A stretch of DNA of 64,000 nt from an uncultured delta proteobacterium (GTDB lineage: Bacteria > Desulfobacterota > Binatia > UBA9968). Location of the stretch: positions 1 to 64,000 of the forward strand of contig CAVXEP010000020.1 in the NCBI GenBank assembly GCA_963760795.1, in the 5' to 3' direction. Position numbers and translations under genes: made by a program. Shown here piece by piece: positions 53,651 to 63,217 of this stretch (positions are counted from its first letter, which is position 1; the number at the start of each line of letters is the position of its first letter). The notes beneath the pieces were generated by a model. That model did not search any database. It was not told the DNA's origin and saw only the letters and a program-made list of their open reading frames with translations.

Positions 53651-55321
53651 ATGCTACCGATGAGCGGACATCCGCCACCCATCATGGAAAAAGCCTTCGC
53701 CCAACAATCACGCGCCAGCGTCGCGCGCAACGCCGGCATCGTCAGCCTCGCCGTCATGGCGAGCCGCGTGCTCGGTCTGGTGCGCGATCAGGTCTTCGCC
53801 GCCCTGTTCGGCGCCGGCTTGCAATACGACGCCTTTCTCACCGCCTTTCGCGTGCCCAACTTACTGCGCGACCTGCTCGCCGAAGGGGCGCTGTCATCGG
53901 CGTTCGTCACTACCTTCACGCAGACGCTGCAACAAAAAGGCAAAGACGAAGCGATTCGGCTGTCCAACCGCGTCGCCACGCTGATCGTCGCGTGCATCAC
54001 GGCGGTTTCTATCTTCGCGTGGATTTTTACTCCTGAGATTGTCCGACTGCTCGCGCCGGGATTCTACGCTGTGCCTGGGAAAGCCGAGCTCACCATTGAA
54101 TTGACGCGGGTCATGATGCCGTTTCTCTTGCTGATCGCCCTGGCGGCGCAAGCCATGGGCATGCTCAACGCGTTCAATATTTACGGCATGCCGGCGCTGG
54201 CTTCGGCGTTTTTCAATCTTGGCTCGATCATCGGCGGCTTGCTATTGGGTTATCTCATCGGACCGGCCATCGGCTTGAGCCCCATCGCCGGCATGGCTTA
54301 CGGCACAGTGATCGGCGGCTTTTTGCAGTTCGCCGTGCAATGGCCGAGCCTGCGCCGTTGCGGTGTCGGCTACCGGGCCGATTGGAATGTGAACGACTCG
54401 GGCGTGCGGCAGATTCTTCGGCTCATGGGACCGGCGATCATCGGCGCCGCCGCCGTGCAGATCAATGTTTTCGTCAACACCAGTTTCGCTTCGGCGATCG
54501 TCGATCCGGCCACCGGCGCGGTCGCCAACGGACCGGTGTCCTGGCTCAACTTCGCCTTTCGCTTCATGCAGTTTCCCATCGGCGTGTTCGGCGTCGCCAT
54601 CGCCACCGCCACCCTGCCGACGCTATCGCGCAGCACGACGAATCCGAATTTCGAAGAATTTCGCCAAACCCTGACGCACGCGCTGGCGCTGGTGTTTCTC
54701 CTATGCATCCCGTCGGCTGTCGGCCTGGCGGTGCTGGCCCATCCGATCGTCGCCCTGGTCTTCGAGCATGGCAAGTTCACCGCCTTCGACACCGCCCAGA
54801 CGGCCAACGCCTTGGCAGCCTACGCCGTCGGTCTGGCCGGCTACGGCGCCATTAAAGTTCTGTCACCGGCGTTCTACGCGCTCAACGACGCGCGCACACC
54901 GATGTTGATCAGCCTGGGATCGATCGCAGTGAATTACGTCATGAACTCACTGCTGGTCGGCCCCTTCGGCCACGTCGGTTTGGCATTTTCCACCTCGGCG
55001 GTGGCGTTGGTGAATTTTCTCCTGCTGGCGTTGTTAATGCGCCGCCGCTTGGGCCGCTTGGCCGGCCGCAAGCTCGCGGTCACCGCCGTGAAAATCGCGC
55101 TCGCCTCAGCGGCCCTCGCCGTCGTCGCATGGATCGTCAATGAAAGCGCCGGCGCCTTGCCGCTGCATGGTTTGGCACTGGAGTTCAGCCGCGTCATCGT
55201 AGCGATCGTCCTGGCCACCGCGACCTTTTACGGCGTCTGCCGACTGCTGCAAGTGGGCGAGTTGCAAGAAGCCATCGACGCCATCGGTGGCAAATTAATC
55301 CGCCGACTGCGGCGCAAGTAG
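53651..55321 (+). CDS. murJ: Lipid II flippase MurJ (start uncertain)
   Basis: SRVLGLVRD, AFRVPNLLRDLLAEGALSSAF, RFMQFPIGVFG. Confidence 0.94.
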   Translation: MLPMSGHPPPIMEKAFAQQSRASVARNAGIVSLAVMASRVLGLVRDQVFAALFGAGLQYDAFLTAFRVPNLLRDLLAEGALSSAFVTTFTQTLQQKGKDEAIRLSNRVATLIVACITAVSIFAWIFTPEIVRLLAPGFYAVPGKAELTIELTRVMMPFLLLIALAAQAMGMLNAFNIYGMPALASAFFNLGSIIGGLLLGYLIGPAIGLSPIAGMAYGTVIGGFLQFAVQWPSLRRCGVGYRADWNVNDSGVRQILRLMGPAIIGAAAVQINVFVNTSFASAIVDPATGAVANGPVSWLNFAFRFMQFPIGVFGVAIATATLPTLSRSTTNPNFEEFRQTLTHALALVFLLCIPSAVGLAVLAHPIVALVFEHGKFTAFDTAQTANALAAYAVGLAGYGAIKVLSPAFYALNDARTPMLISLGSIAVNYVMNSLLVGPFGHVGLAFSTSAVALVNFLLLALLMRRRLGRLAGRKLAVTAVKIALASAALAVVAWIVNESAGALPLHGLALEFSRVIVAIVLATATFYGVCRLLQVGELQEAIDAIGGKLIRRLRRK

Positions 55322-55448
55322 GTTCGCACCCTTTAGTAACTTATGACTAACCGCGGCAATGCGGATCGAGCACGAGCACGTCGTTAAAGCCGGCCATTGA
55401 CATCGTTGGCACCGCCATTTAACAATCCGCCCGAACCAAGGAGAGCTT

Positions 55449-55937
55449 ATGCCTAAAGTCACATCCCTCGGACATCTGGGTTTTCATGTGCGCGATATGG
55501 AACGCTCGGTGGCGTTCTACCGCGACATTCTCGGTTTAACCGTCAGCGACCGCAGCCCGCGCGGCGCCGTGTTCATGACCAGCCAAGATCGCAGCGTCGA
55601 GCACCACGAGCTCTACTTGGCGCCGGGGCGCGACGACGACGGCAAGGTCAACGTCTTGCAGCAGATTTCCTTCCGCTGTCCGACGTTGAAGGATGTCAAG
55701 GATTTCTATCAGCTATTCGTCGACAAGCAGGTGCCGATCAACCGCTGCGTCAGTCATGGCAACACCGTCAGCATCTACGCCAGCGACCCCGACGGCAACT
55801 CGGTGGAAGTCTACTGGCCGAGCGGCGTCGACGTGCCGCAACCCTTCGGCAAACCGATGGACTTGACCAAAAGCGAGGTGGAAATCCGCGAACAGCTCAA
55901 TCAGATCCTGACAGAGTGGCAAAACCAAACTTCATAA
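55449..55937 (+). CDS. VOC/glyoxalase family protein
   Basis: LGHLGFHVRD..FYRDILG, EHHEL, HGNTVSIY..DPDGNSVEVY. Confidence 0.9.
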   Translation: MPKVTSLGHLGFHVRDMERSVAFYRDILGLTVSDRSPRGAVFMTSQDRSVEHHELYLAPGRDDDGKVNVLQQISFRCPTLKDVKDFYQLFVDKQVPINRCVSHGNTVSIYASDPDGNSVEVYWPSGVDVPQPFGKPMDLTKSEVEIREQLNQILTEWQNQTS

Positions 55938-55993
55938 AACCCGCTCTCAAGAATAATTAACAATCGGCGAGCCCAGAAGTCATTGGAGACGTT

Positions 55994-56563
55994 ATGCCGC
56001 GTATTCCCTACGTTGACCCGGATAAAGTTACCGACCCAGAGATCAAGGGCTATCTGGAGCGCGCTCGCCGTGAAGGCACGCCGCGCCCTGAAAGCCAGGC
56101 CGTGCGAGCCAACGTCCCCGAGGTCATCCGCGCGTTCTCGCAGGCGTGGGAACTCACGTTCCGCAACGGCGTCGTCGACCACGCGCTCAAAGAGCTTTGC
56201 CGGGTTTACGTTTCGAAATCGATTGACTGTCAATATTGAGGCGTGCAGCGCTCCGTCCAGGCTGGACGGCAAGGGCTCATTGAAGCGAAGTATGATGAGT
56301 TGCTCAACTTCGCCGACTCGGACAAATTCACCGAGCGAGAAAAAGTCGCGCTAACCTACACCAGCGCGATCGCTTGGAACTCAGACATCGCCGACGACGC
56401 GCTCTGGGCAAAATTGCACCGACTTTTTTCGACTCCCGAGTTGGTCGAGCTCGGTTTTTTCATCGGCCTCACCCTCGGCCAACAGCGCTGGATCAAAACC
56501 CTCGGCATCGACCATGGCGCCGTACTCGGCGATACCACCGCCGGTCTCGCGCCGACGAACTAA
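55994..56563 (+). CDS. AhpD/CMD-like selenoprotein (CxxU; Sec at TGA 56237-56239)
   Basis: Two in-frame ORFs joined by TGT CAA TAT TGA GGC = C-Q-Y-U-G; FTEREKVAL and FSTPELVELG in the second half; SECIS-like hairpin at 56253-56269. Confidence 0.9.
56253..56269 (+). promoter_or_regulatory. Putative SECIS element
   Basis: CCGUCCA-GGC-UGGACGG perfect stem; CAGGCTG begins 18 nt after the UGA. Confidence 0.8.
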
Positions 56564-56598
56564 GCGGAGAAAAACATTCATCTCGCCACCGAATTGTC

Positions 56599-56870
56599 CA
56601 TGAACTTGCGCTCGCCTACAGAGCATGGAAATGGTTCGCATCCCAGAACATGCTCCCCTCGTCGATTCGTCATTCCGGCGCTCGCGGGAATCCAGGTTTG
56701 GTCGGCGCCCGATTAGCCTGGATACCCGCTTTCGCGGGTATGACGGAACCCAGGCGGCTCTTCGTCGTGCATCCCACTCCTGGATGCCGGCCTGGGCACG
56801 AATGACGAATTCGGAATGAATACCTCGGAGGCTTCGGTATCTTCATACTCTATACGAGCGCAAGCTCATG
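56599..56870. mobile_element. MITE-like non-autonomous element with ~32-bp imperfect TIRs
   Basis: Left CATGAACTTGCGCTCGCCTACAGAGCATGGAAAT vs reverse complement of right CATGAGCTTGCGCTCGTATAGAGTATGAAGAT; internal REP hairpins. Confidence 0.6.
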
Positions 56871-56947
56871 CAACCTTCGTGGTGCAACACTCTTTCCCAT
56901 TCGGTTGCGGCTGCGCCGCGCTGGGTACTTCGTGGTGAAAACCAATT

Positions 56948-58637
56948 TCACAAACGCTCACCGCCGACTGAGCGCGACCGTTCAGCGATTTGCGAAACAT
57001 CGTCCAGCGCATAAATCGCTAGCGCTTCGCGCCGGTTGCGCACGGTAAGTTCGTGGCGCGGCAGGCTGGCCGTGTTCAACCCCGACTGCTTGGCGACTTC
57101 TGCCGAGATCACCAACTGACAGTGAAACTCCTTGGTCGCATCTTGCAGCCGGCTGGCGACGTTGACCGTATCACCGATAGCGGTGACGTGAATCGTTTCG
57201 CCGTAGCCCATGCGCCCTACCACCGCCGGGCCGCAGTGAATGCCGATGCCAATGCGCAGTGGCGCGCTGAGTTCTTCTGCGAGTGCTCCGCTGAGCTCGT
57301 CGACCCGCTTAATCATCACCTGGGCAGCGGCGAGCGCTTGGCGGCAGCCTTCTTCGGGTCCGCTTTCGACGCCGAACAGCGCCATCACACCGTCACCGAC
57401 GAATTTGTCGATGATGCCGCCGCTCGAGACGATTGCCGCACCGACGGCGGTGAAATAGCTGTTCAAGAAAAACACTAAATCGTAAGGCAGTTTGGTTTCA
57501 GCGATGCCGGTAAACGAGCGAATATCCGCGAACATCACGGCGATCATGCGCTCCTGGCCGGCGAGATAGGCCGGTTGCCCATACCCCGCACTCGCCTGAG
57601 CATGGGGCGGCAGGAGCGGCGTCACCGTGAGATTATTCGTCGGCCGCAGCTGGCAGGCCAGTCGAACATCGGGCGCGGCGCCGACGCGCTGCAAGACTTT
57701 CAACTCGCCGGCAGCCGGCGGCGGCAAATTGGCAGCGCCATGAGTGACCCGCACCCGGCACGTCGAGCAGCGCCCGCGACCGCCGCAAACCGAAGCATGG
57801 GGGATCGCCGCTAGACGGCTCGCTTCGAGGACGGAGAAATTGCGCGGCGCCTGCACCTCCCGGCCATTGGGATACGTAATGCGGATGCGGCTGCGCCGCT
57901 CGATCAAGCTGCGCGCAACCGCGCGCTATGAGCGCCAAGACGATCGCCGCGCCGAACGTTATCAGCACGCCGTCATAGATCTGGTACAACACCGCTCGCT
58001 GGCTGCGCGGCGGCACTTTCGCAGCCACAAGGAAGCGCTCGAGCCATTCCGGCTGGCGCGCGATCAGGTTGGACACTTCCCGACCGGCACCGACGAAACC
58101 CAACAGCCCGCACACCGGGATAAGCAACGCCAGGGTGAGCAGGTAGGGCGCGATGCGCGGATACCATTTCTTCAATCGCAGCCAGTAGTGGCAGCCGATA
58201 CAGCCATGGGTCCAGGCGATGACAATCAGGATCGCCTGCTTCAATCCATCCATCGGCGCAGCATGCCAGAGGGTCAAAACCATCAAAGTGTAGGAATCGT
58301 CGACGCCAAAAAATTCATGGGTGAGCCGGGTGCCGACGATATGGATCGTCAGCAATAGCGGGATGGTCAAACCGAATAACAGTTGCAGCACCTCGGCCAC
58401 CGGCATGCGCCAATGGCGCCGCTGGTACAGCGCCCAAATCGCCAAGCCTAAGTGAGTCAATAACGCGCTGTAAAGAATCGCCGTGCCGACGGGATTGCGC
58501 CACAAAAGCAAAAACCAGCCACGCCCCCACTCCATCGCCGCCAACGAAATCAAGCCGAGCGCATGATTGAGCAAATGCGTCGACAAATAGGTGAGCAGAA
58601 TTAGCCCCGTAACCAAACGTGTGCGCCGAACGTTCAT
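56948..58637 (-). CDS. Membrane adenylate/guanylate cyclase with His-rich TM region and 2Fe-2S ferredoxin domain, CyaC-like (frameshift near 57915)
   Basis: THLLNH, HIVGTR, WTHGCIG; CGGRGRCSTC..RLACQ; FADIRSFT, DKFVGDGVMA, GDTVNVASRL. Confidence 0.88.
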
Positions 58638-58866
58638 GATTGCGCGCCAATCTACTACGACCGCGCCCCCGCCGTCTATGCAACAACGCTGCAAGCCGAA
58701 CAAGGCCATGATCCGAATTCCCGAAGCCTCACCCCTTACTCCTGACGCCTAACTTCTCATAGCCTTCCTCCTGTTGACTCCCTCCGCCAACTCGGCCTAT
58801 TTATGGACGGTCCAGTTTTTCACCGCGTGCCGGAACAGGCACTGGCTATTCGAAAGGAGCCAGACC

Positions 58867-60000
58867 ATGAGAGATGGATTTAAGATCATCGACGCCGACC
58901 GCCATGTGCTCGAGCCGTCGGATCTGTTCGCCAAATATTTACCGGAAAAATTTCGCAGCCGGGTCGACATCCAGGGACCCAACCAGTCCTATCGTAGAGT
59001 AGACGGCGAGTTAATTTCCGACGCCGATCGGTTGCGCGACGCGACTAAACAAGAAGACTTCGGCTTTACCTTCGCCGCCTCGAAAAAATGGCGCGAGACC
59101 TTCGCCGATGCCCTGGCGGCGAAATTCGATACCGCGTCCAACGTCCGCGACATGGACAAAGAAGGCGTCGACATCGGCGTCCTCTTCCCCACCGTCGGAC
59201 TCTACATCATGTGGCGCGACAATTTAGATCCCGAACTCTCTGCCGCCATCTGCCGCGCCTACAACACCTGGATGTCGGACTATTGCAGCGCCAGCAACAA
59301 GCGCCTCTACGGCGTCGCCTTGATACCGCTACAAGACCCGGTCCGCGCGGTGGAAGAGTTGCAGCACGCCAAAAAGCTCGGCCTGGTCGGCATCTTCTGG
59401 CGGCCTAACAAGCTCTGCGGCCGCACCATATCGAGCCCCGACTACGATCCGATCTATGCGACCGCCGCCGACCTCGGCATGACCGTCTGCGTGCACGAAG
59501 GCGCGCGCACCGTGCTGGCGCAAGCCGGCTCGGACCGCTACAGCGAGTTCGGCCGCCATGTCGCCTGCCATCCCTTGGAACAGATGCTCGCCTGCCTGAA
59601 TCTCTGCGCCGACGGCGTGCTGGAAAAATTTCCCAAGCTCAAGGTCGCCCACCTGGAATCGGGCTGCGGCTGGGTGCCGTTCTGGTTGGAGCGCATGGAC
59701 GAGCATTGGGAGCATGCCGGCCATGGCCAAGCCAAGACGACCAAAGAAAAACCGAGCTTCTATTTCAAGCGCCAATGCTGGACCAGCGCCGAAGCCGGCG
59801 AAGAGTTGGCGCCGGTTTTTGTCGAGCATGTCGGCGAGGATTACTTATTGGTCGCCACCGACTATCCGCACAGCGACTGCATCGGCAAGTTCCCCGATCG
59901 CACCGTCGGCGATCTCACCACCAACAATCATCTCTCACAAGAAGCGCGCCGGAAAATTTTATGGGACAATCCGAAGCGCTTTTACGGACTGGAGGTTTGA
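58867..60000 (+). CDS. Amidohydrolase-2 family protein
   Basis: IIDADRHVLEP, CRAYNTW, LESGCGW, ATDYPHSD. Confidence 0.9.
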   Translation: MRDGFKIIDADRHVLEPSDLFAKYLPEKFRSRVDIQGPNQSYRRVDGELISDADRLRDATKQEDFGFTFAASKKWRETFADALAAKFDTASNVRDMDKEGVDIGVLFPTVGLYIMWRDNLDPELSAAICRAYNTWMSDYCSASNKRLYGVALIPLQDPVRAVEELQHAKKLGLVGIFWRPNKLCGRTISSPDYDPIYATAADLGMTVCVHEGARTVLAQAGSDRYSEFGRHVACHPLEQMLACLNLCADGVLEKFPKLKVAHLESGCGWVPFWLERMDEHWEHAGHGQAKTTKEKPSFYFKRQCWTSAEAGEELAPVFVEHVGEDYLLVATDYPHSDCIGKFPDRTVGDLTTNNHLSQEARRKILWDNPKRFYGLEV

Positions 60001-60005
60001 CTCAC

Positions 60006-61031
60006 ATGGGTAAGTTTCACGTAGTTTATTTTGGCAGCAACGATGTCCCGGTCGATCTGCTCAAGCCAATCCTGGCCGAGATCGACGCCGACATGACCAT
60101 CCGCCGCCCGACCACCGACGCGGAAGTGATCGAAATGGCCAAGGACGCCGACGGCATCATCATGCACGGCTCGGTGCCGCTATCGCGCGAAATCATTTCG
60201 CAGATAAAGCGCGTCAAAGTCGTCTGCCGCACCGGCGTCGGCGTCGACAGAATGGATCTCAAAGCCGCCGCCGATCACGGCCTGATCATCTGCAACGCCG
60301 CCGGCTGCAACTCCATCGAAGTCGCCGAGCAAGCGATCGGCTTGATGATCGCGATCTCGCGCAAACTCGTGCGCATGAACCAATACGTCCACGACGGCAA
60401 GTGGAAACGCCACACCGCTGAACTGCACGCCTACCGCGGCCGCGTGTATCGAATCCAAGGCTGCACCATGGGCATCGTCGGCCTGGGCCATGTCGGCAAA
60501 CAAGTCGCCCCGCGCGCCCAGGGCATGCGCTTGAACGTGCAAACCTTCGATCCCTATCTCGATCCCAAAGTAGCCGAACAGATGAATGTGAAAATGGTCT
60601 CCTTCGATGAGTTGGTAAAGACTTCCGATTTCATCAGCGTCCACGCGCCGCTGACCAAACAGACCCGCCACATGTTCGGCATGCCGCAATTCAAGATGAT
60701 GAAAAAGAGCGCCTATCTGATCAACTGCGCCCGCGGCGGCCTGGTCGACACCGACGCATTATATGACGCCCTGGTCGCCGGCGAACTCTCCGGCGCCGCC
60801 CTCGACGTCACCGACCCCGAACCGTTACCCGCCGATCACAAAATATTAACGCTGCCCAACGTCATCGTCACCTGCCACACCTCGGCCAACTCCGACGAGT
60901 CCTACGTCGACTGCCAAACCCACGCCGCCAGAGAAGTCGTCGGCGTATTGAGCGGCCGAGGCCCGACGACGCAGATCAAAGATCCATGGTTGTTGGCGGA
61001 GGCGCAGGATGAGGGGTTTGGCGGAGTGTAA
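60006..61031 (+). CDS. D-2-hydroxyacid dehydrogenase (CtBP/SerA-like)
   Basis: GVGVD, GIVGLGHVG, INCARGG, LDVTDPEP. Confidence 0.9.
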   Translation: MGKFHVVYFGSNDVPVDLLKPILAEIDADMTIRRPTTDAEVIEMAKDADGIIMHGSVPLSREIISQIKRVKVVCRTGVGVDRMDLKAAADHGLIICNAAGCNSIEVAEQAIGLMIAISRKLVRMNQYVHDGKWKRHTAELHAYRGRVYRIQGCTMGIVGLGHVGKQVAPRAQGMRLNVQTFDPYLDPKVAEQMNVKMVSFDELVKTSDFISVHAPLTKQTRHMFGMPQFKMMKKSAYLINCARGGLVDTDALYDALVAGELSGAALDVTDPEPLPADHKILTLPNVIVTCHTSANSDESYVDCQTHAAREVVGVLSGRGPTTQIKDPWLLAEAQDEGFGGV

Positions 61032-61061
61032 AATTGTTGACCCTGCTTTCTCGCCGTAACG

Positions 61062-61092
61062 AAGGCCCGAGTCGTATTGACTTGGGCCTTTG
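61062..61092 (+). terminator. Probable intrinsic terminator
   Basis: AAGGCCCGAGTC..GACTTGGGCCTT hairpin followed by T residues. Confidence 0.65.
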
Positions 61093-61145
61093 TCTTAGCG
61101 GGCGGATTTGACCTTCGTATTCAAGGAATTTATTAGGACACTTGG

Positions 61146-62361
61146 ATGTCACAACCCCGCATCATCATCGCCGGCGCCGGTCCGGTGGGAGTCGTCTCCG
61201 CGCTCGCGCTGGCGCAGCAGGGCTACGCCGTCACGCTGCTCGAAGCCGACGCGGTGATTGACGACAATCCGCGGGCGGCGACGACTCATCCGTCGACGTT
61301 GGAGATGATCGCGCGGGTTGGCTTGATCGATCAGTTCATCAAGGAAGGTCTCGTCGCGCGCTATTTTCAGTTTTGGGACAAGCCGACACGGACTCGCATC
61401 GTTCAGTTCGATCATGAGCTTTTGCGCGATGAGACGCCTTACCCGTTTGTCGTGCAGACCGAGCAGCATAAGCTGGCGCGCATGGGCATCGAGCGGCTTA
61501 AAACCTTTGCCGATGTCGAGGTGCGATTCTCCACTCGGGTAACCGGAGTAACGCAAGACGCCAACCAGGCAACTGTAACGGCGGAAGGACCGAACGGCAT
61601 GGAAACCCATCGCGGCGATTGGGTCATCGGCGCGGACGGCGGGCGCAGTACGGTGCGAAAGTCGCTGGACATCGACTTCGAAGGCTTCACCTGGCCGGAG
61701 AATTTTCTCGTGCTGACGACGACGGAAGACTTTCAGCAGCTGCTCGGCGGCTGTTGCTATCGCAACTATCTCGCCGACCCTGATGAATGGACGAACTTAT
61801 TCAAAGTCGCCGGCGACGACGGCAAGGGACGCTGGCGCGCGGTGTTTCCGACCAAAGTCGAAGAGAGCGACGAGCAGGCGCTGGGCGACGAGTCGACCTA
61901 CTCGCGTTTGCAGCGGGTCTATCCATTGAACCGGCGCTACAACGTCGTCCATCGCAATCTCTACAAAGTTCATCAGCGTGTCGCCGCCACTTTCCGCAAA
62001 GGCCGCGTGGTCCTCGCCGGCGATTCGGCTCATGTGAACAACTCCGTCGGCGGCTTGGGTTTGAATAGCGGCATCCACGACGCCATGGAACTGGTCGACA
62101 CGCTGCGTGAGATTATCGACAAGAAAGCGGATCACACCCTGCTCGACCGCTACACGCGCCGGCGGCGCACCAGCAATATCGAATCGGTCCAAGAGCAAAC
62201 CATCACCAACAAGAAGCGCCTCGAAGAGCGCGACCCCGCGGCACGCCAAGCCCGCTTCGACGAGCTCCGCGCTATCGCCGAAGATCCGAAACTAGCACAA
62301 GGAATTTCTCCTGCGCACCTCGCTCATCGCCAGCGTACGCAAGGCGCAGAGCATCGATTGA
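61146..62361 (+). CDS. FAD-dependent monooxygenase, MhpA/PHBH-like (frameshift near 62293)
   Basis: GAGPVG, GADGGRSTVR, LAGDSAH..GGLGLNSGIHDA; probable true end HKEFLLRTSLIASVRKAQSID-TGA. Confidence 0.88.
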
Positions 62362-62567
62362 CTGTTGTCACTCCGCGGATACTGGCGCATCGATTCGAAC
62401 AGCGCCCCTTCGTCACGGCACAATCCTGTTCCGTTTCCGCCGCAAATTGCCCACTTCACGGAAGGCTTTAGCCAATTAAACGAAAATCCTGGCAATCGAA
62501 GGAACATTTGCTCGGGGCATGGTAGTTGCTGCTCCAATTACTGGAACGAATGGGAGGGGCATACACT

Positions 62568-63140
62568 ATGAAGAACTATTTGACAGCCGGAATCCTGTTG
62601 GCGCCATTAGCGACGGCGGCGGCCTTCGCCCAGAGCGGCGACGAGGATTTTTACCAGCAGTGGGTCAATATCAAAGACGGCGAAGTTTCCGTCGCCTTCA
62701 ATCAGACGCCCGTGCAATTCGCTCTCGATGCGTTTCACGCCAAGACCGGATTTAACATCGTCGTGCCAGCGTCGACGGAGTCGAAGACCGTCAATCTGCG
62801 TTTGCATCGTCAACCCTTCGAACCGGCGATTCGTTCGCTCATCTCCACCATCGGTTATGACAATTTTGCCATGGTCTACGATCAGAAAGGCCGGCCCCAT
62901 AGCGCAGTGGTTCTCGGCGCGCGGGCACCCGCTGTGATCGAGGCATCGAACACCGCTGCACCGATCGCGCCTCTGACCATCGAAGAGCGCGACCGGCTCA
63001 AAAAAGAAATCGACCGCTGGAATGAACTGAAACAGGAAGAGCGCGGCCGCATCGAAGATCGCTTGCGTAACGTGCCGCCGTCGGAAGACCGCGAGATTCT
63101 GGTCCGAGAGTATGGCCGCCAGCTCTTAAGCTTGAAGTAA
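62568..63140 (+). CDS. Exported hypothetical protein (STN-like N-terminal domain)
   Basis: RBS GGAGG, signal peptide AFA; possible sigma54 site GGCATGGTAGTTGCT at 62516-62530. Confidence 0.65.
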   Translation: MKNYLTAGILLAPLATAAAFAQSGDEDFYQQWVNIKDGEVSVAFNQTPVQFALDAFHAKTGFNIVVPASTESKTVNLRLHRQPFEPAIRSLISTIGYDNFAMVYDQKGRPHSAVVLGARAPAVIEASNTAAPIAPLTIEERDRLKKEIDRWNELKQEERGRIEDRLRNVPPSEDREILVREYGRQLLSLK

Positions 63141-63217
63141 GTCGTTCGAACGACGAAGGACGAAGCGCCGCAGCGATATGCGCGCTTCATCCTTCCGCCT
63201 TCATCCCGCAGCCTTTT

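Noticed and set aside
32813-56938. CRISPR array suggested by recurring short repeats
   Set aside because: Repeats are dispersed palindromes without regular unique spacers; no cas genes
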